Part shown: positions 7,340 to 13,758 of the stretch, piece after piece
Numbering within the stretch: the stretch's first letter is position 1
Layout: every line of letters begins with the position of its first letter
NCBI GenBank assembly: GCA_964631135.1
Contig: CAZVVZ010000003.1
Span: 1 to 20,595, forward strand
Origin: an uncultured Eubacteriales bacterium
GTDB taxonomy: Bacteria > Bacillota > Clostridia > TANB77 > RGIG9151
Reading direction: 5' to 3'
Length of the DNA stretch: 20,595 bases
Translations under genes and position numbers: made by a program
The notes under the pieces: generated by a model
The model's database searches: none
What the model saw: the letters and a program-made list of their open reading frames with translations, nothing else
What the model was told of the DNA's origin: nothing

Positions 7340-7636
7340 ATGAAGATGCCGATAGAAGAAAGAAAGCAAACAGTGAGTAAAAAACAGCATAATTTTTTGC
7401 TTGAAAATCGTGAAAAAATGAGTATATCAGGTGTTTTAGATGTAGATATTTTTAATCCTGATATGGTAGTTGTTCAAACGGAAATGGGTATGCTGACAAT
7501 AAAAGGGATAGACTTACATATAAATAAACTGAATTTAGAGTCCTCAGAGCTATGTATAGAGGGAGAAATAGCGAGCTGTGCATATTCGGACAAAATAACT
7601 TCGAGTGGAGGTTTTTTAAATAAAATATTTAAGTAG
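7340..7636 (+). CDS. yabP: sporulation protein YabP
   Basis: Size and sequence are typical (LLENREKMSISGVLDVDIFNPDMVVVQTEMGMLTIKGIDLHINKLNLE), and the gene is followed by yabQ. The ATG at 7346 has better spacing to the GGAAGGAG RBS, so it may be the true start. Confidence 0.85.
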   Translation: MKMPIEERKQTVSKKQHNFLLENREKMSISGVLDVDIFNPDMVVVQTEMGMLTIKGIDLHINKLNLESSELCIEGEIASCAYSDKITSSGGFLNKIFK

Positions 7637-7648
7637 GAGGAACATATT

Positions 7649-8026
7649 ATGCTGGTGACAAGAGAACTGATCATTTTTTTGTACTTTATAATGGGAGGGA
7701 TTGTGGGTGGAATCTTTTTGGATATGCTAAGAGCATTAAGACATAATCGCAAGGTTAACGACATAATAGTATGTTTAGAAGATATCTTTTATTGGGTAGT
7801 TTTAGGCGGAGGAGTAATATGGCTTTCATACATACTAGATGTGGGAACAATAAGAATGTATATGCTTTTAGCAGTATTTTTAGGTATGCTTATATATTTT
7901 TTAACTTTAACAAAGATGGTATATAAAGTTTTTGATATTGTTTGCCGATATTCATTAAGGTTATTAAGGTGGTTTTTAGAAATTTTTAAGGGGGCATCTA
8001 ATGAAAAGAAGAGTAAATTGGCTTAA
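7649..8026 (+). CDS. yabQ: spore cortex biosynthesis protein YabQ (membrane)
   Basis: A 125-aa polytopic membrane protein immediately after yabP. AGGAGG RBS upstream. The yabP-yabQ-divIC synteny is conserved. Confidence 0.8.
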   Translation: MLVTRELIIFLYFIMGGIVGGIFLDMLRALRHNRKVNDIIVCLEDIFYWVVLGGGVIWLSYILDVGTIRMYMLLAVFLGMLIYFLTLTKMVYKVFDIVCRYSLRLLRWFLEIFKGASNEKKSKLA

Positions 8027-8273
8027 GTTATGTGTACTTTTCTTTTTGGCTATATATGCGACATATACATTGATAAAGCAAGAAATTGAAATAAATAAGT
8101 ATGAGAAAGAAAAACAGGGGTATATTGAGCAGATTAACATAGCTAAGCAAAAACATGAAGAGTACAAGCATTATTCCGAATATGTGAATACTGATGAATA
8201 TATAGAAAAAATAGCTAGAGAGAAACTGGGTATGCTTTTACCGGAGGAAAGAATATATATTGAAATTCAGTAA
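8001..8273 (+). CDS. divIC: septum formation initiator family protein (DivIC/FtsB)
   Basis: N-terminal TM helix, a coiled coil, and the C-terminal motif YIEKIAREKLGMLLPEE. The gene overlaps the yabQ 3' end. AAGGGGG RBS upstream. Confidence 0.8.
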   Translation: MKRRVNWLKLCVLFFLAIYATYTLIKQEIEINKYEKEKQGYIEQINIAKQKHEEYKHYSEYVNTDEYIEKIAREKLGMLLPEERIYIEIQ

Positions 8274-8289
8274 ATTATTGTAAAATATG

Positions 8290-8318
8290 TTGACGTAATT
8301 TTAATTTTGAAGTAAAAT
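8290..8318 (+). promoter_or_regulatory. sigma-A-type promoter upstream of the S1-domain gene
   Basis: TTGACG (8290-8295), a 17-nt spacer, then TAAAAT (8313-8318). Confidence 0.45.
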
Positions 8319-8356
8319 GGAAGAAGAATTAAAGGAAAGGATGACGTGGGTATTAT

Positions 8357-8737
8357 ATGCCATTAAAAGTAGGAGAAGTAGTGGAAGGAACAGTAAAAAC
8401 AATTACTAATTTTGGAGCATTCGTAGACTTAGGAGATGGCCAGACAGGCTTAGTTCACATCTCGGAAATAGCAGATGGATATGTAAAAGATGTTTCAGAG
8501 TTTTTATCTCAAGACCAGAAAGTAAAAGTAAAAGTATTAAATGTAGATGAAAAAAGTAAAAAAATAACACTTTCTATAAAAAGAGTAAATGAAACAAGAA
8601 ATAATACTGAACATCAAAGAAAGCCCGAATTATCTTTTGAAGATAGATTAAGCAAGTTTTTAAAAGATAGCGAAGAGAGACAGAGCGAAGTAAAACGTAG
8701 CTTTGAGTCAAAAAGAAGTAGAGGCAGTCGTAGGTAG
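8357..8737 (+). CDS. yabR: S1 domain RNA-binding protein (YabR-like)
   Basis: S1 fold sequence GEVVEGTVKTITNFGAFVDLGDGQTGLVHISEIADGYVKDV...ITLSIK. The gene sits after divIC, as in B. subtilis. Confidence 0.85.
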   Translation: MPLKVGEVVEGTVKTITNFGAFVDLGDGQTGLVHISEIADGYVKDVSEFLSQDQKVKVKVLNVDEKSKKITLSIKRVNETRNNTEHQRKPELSFEDRLSKFLKDSEERQSEVKRSFESKRSRGSRR

Positions 8738-8766
8738 TACGATTTGTATATGGAAGTATGCTTTTT

Positions 8767-8791
8767 AGGCGGCAGTATAACCGCCTTTTTC
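8767..8791 (+). terminator. rho-independent terminator of the yabP-S1 operon
   Basis: AGGCGG (8767-8772), an 8-nt loop, CCGCCT (8781-8786), then a T-run. Confidence 0.7.
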
Positions 8792-8846
8792 AAATTATTT
8801 ATTATGTATAAGTATTTTTATTTTAAGTCTATTATTTTCCCGTAAA

Positions 8847-8909
8847 TATAAAAAAGGTGGACTTCGTCCACGTCATGTCGCTTCGCGACAAAGTATTAAG
8901 GTATCTTTT
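8847..8909. repeat. 63-bp intergenic repeat, copy 1 (tandem UUC-loop hairpins)
   Basis: TATAAAAAAGGTGGACTTCGTCCACGTCATGTCGCTTCGCGACAAAGTATTAAGGTATCTTTT matches 9023-9085 at 60 of 63 positions. It contains the hairpins GTGGAC-TTC-GTCCAC and TGTCGC-TTC-GCGACA. Confidence 0.9.
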
Positions 8910-8969
8910 GCACTCTGTGAAAGTGTTTGTTGCTAAATCAAAGATTTAGACAAACAACTTTTGATAATA

Positions 8970-9047
8970 GAAAATCTTTTTTATTGCTCGCTTCACTCGC
9001 TTTTTAGAGGAATTTTCTATTATATAAAAAAGGTGGACTTCGTCCAC
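8970..9047. repeat. intergenic repeat related to 6315-6384
   Basis: GAAAATCTTTTTTATTGCTCGCTTCACTCGCTTTTTAGAGGAATTTTCTATTATATAAAAAAGGTGGACTTCGTCCAC overlaps the start of 63-bp copy 2. Confidence 0.8.
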
Positions 9048-9085
9048 GTCATGTCGCTTCGCGACAAAATGCTAAGGTATCTTTT
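9023..9085. repeat. 63-bp intergenic repeat, copy 2
   Basis: Direct repeat of 8847-8909, 176 bp downstream. It is flanked on both sides by TTTTAGAGGAATT (9002-9014 and 9084-9096). Confidence 0.9.
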
Positions 9086-9188
9086 TTAGAGGAATTAAAA
9101 AACACAGGGAGTCTGTCGGCGAATATTCGTTTTTTAAAATATATATTATTTTCATGTGGTAGTAGCATAAAATGAAATGGAGGATTGT

Positions 9189-10457
9189 ATGATTAACAAA
9201 ACTGTTGCAGAATTAAGAGAAATTGCTAAAGAAGCAGGAATTGAAAATTATTCTAAGTTGAAAAAAAGTGAGCTGATTGAAGCTTTATCCAAAGAAGAGC
9301 CAAAGGAAACTGAAATAAAGCAACCTCAGAAGGAAAGTATAAGGGAAGAACCGGAAGATGCTGAAGGAATACTTGAAGTTTTGGCTGACGGTTTTGGTTT
9401 TTTACGTTCAGAAAACTATTTGAGTGGGACACAAGATATTTATGTTTCTCCCGTACAAATAAGAAGATTTAATTTAAAAACGGGTGACAAGATTCACTGC
9501 AAAGTGAGACCGTGTAGAGAAGGGGAAAGATTTAGAGCTTTAATATATGTAAATTCGGTAAATGGAGACGATGTAAGTGTTGCACTGAGAAGGAAGCCGT
9601 TTGACCAGCTTGTACCTATTTATCCGAATTTTAAATTAAAGCTTGAAACAACAAGGCAGGAAACGGCAACACGATTGATAGACATTATTGCACCTATAGG
9701 TAAGGGCCAAAGAGGAATGATTGTTGCACCTCCTAAAGCAGGTAAGACAGTATTATTAAAAAAGATTGCGAATGCAATTTCGACTAATTATCCGAATATG
9801 GAACTAATAGTGCTTTTGATTGATGAAAGACCGGAAGAAGTTACGGATATGCAACGTTCTATAAAAGGAGAAGTTATTTATTCAACGTTTGATGAACTGC
9901 CGGAGCATCATATAAGAGTAGCTGAAATGGTATTAGAAAGAGCTCAAAGATTAGTTGAACATAAAAAAGACGTAGTAATATTATTAGACAGCATTACTAG
10001 ACTTGCAAGGGCATATAATTTAACAATTCCGTCTTCCGGCAGAACTTTATCCGGCGGATTAGATCCTGCTGCGCTTCATAAGCCAAAAAAATTCTTCGGT
10101 GCCGCAAGAAATATTGAAAATGGAGGAAGCCTTACAATTTTAGCAACAGCTTTAATAGATACCGGTAGCAGAATGGACGAAGTTATTTTTGAAGAGTTTA
10201 AAGGTACCGGAAATATGGAATTACATTTGGATAGAAAATTATCTGAAAAACGTATATTCCCGGCAATAGATATGAATAAATCCGGAACTAGGAGAGAAGA
10301 CTTGTTATTATCAAAAGACGAATTGGAAGCAGTTTTAAATATTAGAAGAAAACTTAGTAACCAAGGAACTCAAGATATTGCAGAAAGCCTACTTAATCTA
10401 CTGGTTTCTACTAAAAGTAATGAAGAATTTACTAAAAAAGTACTACTAATCAGATAA
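9189..10457 (+). CDS. rho: transcription termination factor Rho
   Basis: N-terminal SAP-like [17 protein letters not shown]-binding domain, Walker A PPKAGKT, and the R-loop/Q-loop region. The ATG at 9189 lies 5 nt after GGAGG (9179-9183) and is preferred over the ORF-track start at 9177. Confidence 0.95.
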   Translation: MINKTVAELREIAKEAGIENYSKLKKSELIEALSKEEPKETEIKQPQKESIREEPEDAEGILEVLADGFGFLRSENYLSGTQDIYVSPVQIRRFNLKTGDKIHCKVRPCREGERFRALIYVNSVNGDDVSVALRRKPFDQLVPIYPNFKLKLETTRQETATRLIDIIAPIGKGQRGMIVAPPKAGKTVLLKKIANAISTNYPNMELIVLLIDERPEEVTDMQRSIKGEVIYSTFDELPEHHIRVAEMVLERAQRLVEHKKDVVILLDSITRLARAYNLTIPSSGRTLSGGLDPAALHKPKKFFGAARNIENGGSLTILATALIDTGSRMDEVIFEEFKGTGNMELHLDRKLSEKRIFPAIDMNKSGTRREDLLLSKDELEAVLNIRRKLSNQGTQDIAESLLNLLVSTKSNEEFTKKVLLIR

Positions 10458-10469
10458 TAAATTGCTACG

Positions 10470-10530
10470 GTTTAGGCATAAATAAAGTATATAGTCTGAT
10501 TAGTAACTCTTATTTTATCTATGTCTAAAC
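10470..10530. terminator. long imperfect hairpin between convergent rho and lexA (possible bidirectional terminator)
   Basis: GTTTAGGCATAAATAAA (10470-10486) pairs with TTTATCTATGTCTAAAC (10514-10530), with one G-U pair and one mismatch. The loop is 27 nt. There is no clean U-tract on either strand. Confidence 0.3.
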
Positions 10531-10548
10531 AGTAACAATAAACTTTTA

Positions 10549-11166
10549 TTACATTTTTCTAATAAGTCCAACTACTTTTCCGAGTATAGCAACTTCTTTT
10601 ACAATTATTGGCTCCATGGTAGGGTTTTCCGGCTGTAATCGTATATGGTCGGCTTCTTTATAAAAAGTCTTTACTGTAGCTTCATCATCTATCAGAGCAA
10701 CTACAATTTCACCGTTATTAGCAACAGCCTGCTGTTTTACTATTATATAATCACCGTCAAATATTCCGGCTTCAATCATGCTTTCTCCTTTAACTTTTAA
10801 CATGAAAGACTGAGACGAAGTTCCTACAAAATCGGCAGGAATAGGGAAAGTACGTTCTAAATTTTCCGTAGCGAGTATTGGAGAACCTGCTGCGACTTTA
10901 CCTAGTACAGGAACATTTACAATATCATTTTCACCAACGATTTCATCAACAGGATTTTTTAATCTTAATCCTCTTGACTTTGCATTAGCTTTTTCCAAAA
11001 GCCCATTTTTCTTAAGTGTTTCTAAATGAGCATGGACGGTAGAAGTAGAACTAAGTCCGACACCTTTACAAATTTCTCTTATTGACGGCGGATAACCGTT
11101 TTCATGCATATATTCATTAACAAAAGCAAGTATTTTCTGCTGTTTGTCTTCACCCTTTTTACTCAT
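10549..11166 (-). CDS. lexA: LexA repressor
   Basis: Winged-helix N-terminus (GYPPSIREICKGVGLSSTSTVHAHL), an Ala-Gly cleavage site (VAAGSP), and catalytic Ser (GESM) and Lys (VKTF). Confidence 0.95.
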   Translation of the reverse strand: MSKKGEDKQQKILAFVNEYMHENGYPPSIREICKGVGLSSTSTVHAHLETLKKNGLLEKANAKSRGLRLKNPVDEIVGENDIVNVPVLGKVAAGSPILATENLERTFPIPADFVGTSSQSFMLKVKGESMIEAGIFDGDYIIVKQQAVANNGEIVVALIDDEATVKTFYKEADHIRLQPENPTMEPIIVKEVAILGKVVGLIRKM

Positions 11167-11199
11167 TTGTATTCCTCCAATCTGATAATTTCTATCAAC

Positions 11200-11228
11200 A
11201 GTATATCAGATAATTTTTTAAAATGCAA
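11200..11228 (-). promoter_or_regulatory. sigma-A-type promoter of lexA
   Basis: On the minus strand: -35 TTGCAT (11223-11228), a 17-nt spacer, and -10 TATACT (11200-11205). Confidence 0.55.
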
Positions 11229-11238
11229 ACATTTGTTC
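11227..11238 (-). promoter_or_regulatory. candidate LexA operator (SOS/Cheo-type box)
   Basis: The minus strand reads GAAC-AAAT-GTTT, which fits the Gram-positive GAAC-N4-GTTC/T core. It overlaps the predicted -35 of lexA, consistent with autoregulation. Confidence 0.55.
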
Positions 11239-11255
11239 AATGCTTTCGGCAAAAA

Positions 11256-11412
11256 ATTACTGCTTATACTACTATGCGCAAATAATATATATGATTTAAA
11301 AGGAACGAATATTTGCAGAAAGACTTCCCGTATTTTTTAAAGTCTTTCGTTGCAAATCCTGAGTTCCGATAAATCATATATATTATTTGCACATAGTAGT
11401 ATAAGCAGTAAT
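11256..11412. repeat. 157-bp palindromic element (43-nt terminal inverted repeats, nested central hairpin)
   Basis: 11256-11298 is the reverse complement of 11370-11412, with one mismatch (C11277 opposite A11391). The 71-nt centre has further complementary blocks. The existence of the structure is certain, but its nature is unknown. Confidence 0.9.
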
Positions 11413-11469
11413 CAATAAAAATTATCGAGCAGATTTTAAAAGGGGCGAATATTTGTAGGAAAAAGGAAG

Positions 11470-11498
11470 TTTGACATGCGAGTGATAATATAGTATAT
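11470..11498 (+). promoter_or_regulatory. sigma-A-type promoter of the DUF21-CBS transporter gene
   Basis: TTGACA (11470-11475), a 17-nt spacer, then TATATT (11493-11498). An alternative -10, TATAAT, lies at 11503-11508. Confidence 0.5.
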
Positions 11499-11571
11499 TT
11501 TAGTATAATGTAGTGTTAAAGAATAAAGTTAAATAATAAGTTTTTACAGAAGAGAGAGGAGAAATTTTATA

Positions 11572-12927
11572 ATGGCTGAAGACAACATATTCATTCGAAT
11601 TTTGTTTTTAATTTTCTTAATTGCAGTTAATGCTTTCTTTGCAGCATCTGAGATTGCGATTATTTCACTAAATGACGGAAAAATAAAAAAAATGGCTGAG
11701 GAAGGCAATAAAAAGGCAAAGCAGATTGCAAAGTTAGTTAGTGAGCCGAGTAAATTTTTAGCTACTATACAAGTTGGAGTTACTATTTCCGGATTCTTAG
11801 CCAGTGCGGTAGCGGCTGAAAGCTTTTCAGGAAGAATAACAGAAGCGCTTCATCCATTTATGGACAGTGTTGTTTCAGAGGATGTATTGTCTGCCGTTGT
11901 TTTAGTTATTATAACTTGTATTTTGTCGTACTTTACACTCGTTTTCGGAGAGCTTGTTCCAAAACGTTTTGCTATGCAAAATTGTGAAGCTGTTTCGATG
12001 TTTGTAATTGGATTTTTAACTTTGTTTGAAAAATTTACAAGACCGTTTGTTAAGTTTTTGTCACTTTCCACAAACGGCATTATAAGATTATTCGGTGGAG
12101 ATCCTAATGCAACAGATGAGAATGTGACTGAAGAAGAAATTCGTATGATGGTTGATTTAGGCGAAGAAAAGGGAACTATTGAAGTCGGAGAAAAAGAAAT
12201 GATTGAAAACGTATTCGATTTTAATAATATTACTGCTTCTGAAGTTATGACCCATAGAAAGGATATTGTAGGAATTTGCAAGGAAGCTACTTTAGATGAG
12301 ATATTAACACTTATGGAGGAAGAAAAATATACAAGATTTCCTGTGTATGAAAATGATATAGACAATATTGTCGGAATGCTTCATTCCAAAGATGTTATAA
12401 AATATTTGAATACTAAAAATGAGTTAAAATTTAAAGTTGATGACATAATAAGGCCAATATATTTTGTACCGGATTCTAAAATGATAGATGATATTTTTAG
12501 AGAACTTCAAAAAAATAAAATGTATATGGCAGCTGTTGTTGATGAGTATGGCGGAACTGCAGGCATTCTTACTATAGAAGACTTAATGGAGCAGATTGTC
12601 GGAAATATTTTTGATGAGTATGATGCTGAAGAACCGGTTGACTTTGTAGCAATCGACGAGAATACACAGCTGGTAGATGGAACAGTAAACTTAGTTGAAG
12701 TGGAAAAGAAGTTTGATAAAAAGCTTCCTGCTGATGAATATGATACATTAGGCGGATTTATCATGGGACATTTAGGGTTTGTGCCTGAAGAGGGAGATAG
12801 ACCGGAATTTGAGTTCAACGGGTTATTATTTAAGGTGGAAGAAGTTATTGAGAAACGTATTACTAAGGTAAAAGTGTGTGTAACAGGAGAAGAGTCGGAT
12901 AAAAGAGAAAAAGATGAAGAGGAGTAG
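11572..12927 (+). CDS. hemolysin-family / CNNM-type transporter (DUF21 membrane domain, CBS pair, CorC_HlyC domain)
   Basis: N-terminal multi-TM DUF21 (AASEIAIISL), a CBS pair (VMTHRKDIV...FPVY; VVDEYGGTAGILTIEDL), and a C-terminal CorC/HlyC domain (DGTVNLVEV...TLGGFIM). Confidence 0.9.
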   Translation: MAEDNIFIRILFLIFLIAVNAFFAASEIAIISLNDGKIKKMAEEGNKKAKQIAKLVSEPSKFLATIQVGVTISGFLASAVAAESFSGRITEALHPFMDSVVSEDVLSAVVLVIITCILSYFTLVFGELVPKRFAMQNCEAVSMFVIGFLTLFEKFTRPFVKFLSLSTNGIIRLFGGDPNATDENVTEEEIRMMVDLGEEKGTIEVGEKEMIENVFDFNNITASEVMTHRKDIVGICKEATLDEILTLMEEEKYTRFPVYENDIDNIVGMLHSKDVIKYLNTKNELKFKVDDIIRPIYFVPDSKMIDDIFRELQKNKMYMAAVVDEYGGTAGILTIEDLMEQIVGNIFDEYDAEEPVDFVAIDENTQLVDGTVNLVEVEKKFDKKLPADEYDTLGGFIMGHLGFVPEEGDRPEFEFNGLLFKVEEVIEKRITKVKVCVTGEESDKREKDEEE

Positions 12928-12929
12928 TT

Positions 12930-13634
12930 ATGGAAGTTAGATTACAGAAGTATCTTGCTGATTGCGGAATCGCATCAAGAAGAAAGGCAGAAGAGTTAAT
13001 TTTACAGGGGAAAGTTAAGGTTAACGGTAATGTTGTAAGTGAGCTAGGAGTAAAGGTTAATCCAGATAGGGATAAGGTAGAGTATAATTGTGAAGCTGTA
13101 AAGAACTTAAAAAAGAAACTATATATTTTACTTAATAAACCTGCCGGATATATTAGTGCTGCTAAGGACCAGTTCGATAATCCTTCTGTTTTACATTTAG
13201 TAGACATTAAGGAAAGACTGTTCCCTGTAGGCAGGCTTGATAAAGATACCACAGGAGCATTGATTCTTACAAATGACGGAGATTTTTCTTACAGGCTTAC
13301 TCATCCGAAGCATGAAGTAAATAAGGTTTATATTGCTGAAGTTGCCGGAAGACCTACTGACGAGGAAATGCATACCTTTATGAAAGGTGTATATATAGAC
13401 GGAAAAAAAACTTATCCGGCAAAAATTAGGATTTTAAAAGAGACAAAAAAGAATTCTATTGTTGAGATTATTATTCATGAAGGAAGAAACAGACAGGTTA
13501 AGAAGATGTGCGAGGAGATCGGTCACAAAGTAATATCGTTACAACGTTATGCAATAGGGAGCTTAAATATTGAAGGGCTAAAAGAGGGAAAATGGAGATA
13601 TTTAACGGATAAAGAAGTGGAGAAGTTAAGGTAA
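12930..13634 (+). CDS. rluB: rRNA pseudouridine synthase, RsuA/RluB family, with S4 domain
   Basis: S4 domain RLQKYLADCGIASRRKAEELILQGKVKVNG, the catalytic motif GRLDKDTTG, and the C-terminal EGRNRQVKKM. Confidence 0.85.
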   Translation: MEVRLQKYLADCGIASRRKAEELILQGKVKVNGNVVSELGVKVNPDRDKVEYNCEAVKNLKKKLYILLNKPAGYISAAKDQFDNPSVLHLVDIKERLFPVGRLDKDTTGALILTNDGDFSYRLTHPKHEVNKVYIAEVAGRPTDEEMHTFMKGVYIDGKKTYPAKIRILKETKKNSIVEIIIHEGRNRQVKKMCEEIGHKVISLQRYAIGSLNIEGLKEGKWRYLTDKEVEKLR

Positions 13635-13758
13635 AAAAATGCCCCCGACTTTGGATTAAGCTTAGGAGATTTGAGTAACCTAATTTTTCTAAAAAAGTGA
13701 GTGAATCTTGATAATTTTATCTTTTTATGATATTCTAAAGCCCTAAGGAGCGAAAAAA

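Noticed and set aside
8875-8949. A mini-ORF inside the 63-bp repeat (MSLRDKVLRYLLHSVKVFVAKSKI), with a truncated 12-aa version (MSLRDKMLRYLF) in copy 2.
   Set aside because: The only Shine-Dalgarno-like sequence (AAGGTGG) lies 14 nt from the ATG and is sequestered in the hairpin stem. The two copies diverge immediately in length. The conservation is explained by the nucleotide repeat itself.
8847-9085. Two identical-length direct repeats separated by a unique spacer, which could superficially suggest a CRISPR array.
   Set aside because: There are only two copies and the repeat length (63 bp) is well above CRISPR repeats. The spacer (113 bp) is far too long and no cas genes are present. The unit shares modules with a third locus at 6315-6384, so it behaves like an interspersed repeat.
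11104-11340. A 78-aa plus-strand ORF spanning the lexA 5' end and half of the palindromic element.
   Set aside because: It overlaps lexA antisense, has no RBS and has a low-complexity hydrophobic composition. It runs through the promoter/operator region, so it is most likely a chance ORF.
11850-13252. Three long minus-strand ORFs (171, 103 and 129 aa) antisense to the transporter and rluB genes.
   Set aside because: These are Ser-rich products, typical of antisense frames of GAA/GAT-rich coding sequence. They lie entirely within confidently identified plus-strand genes and have no RBS.
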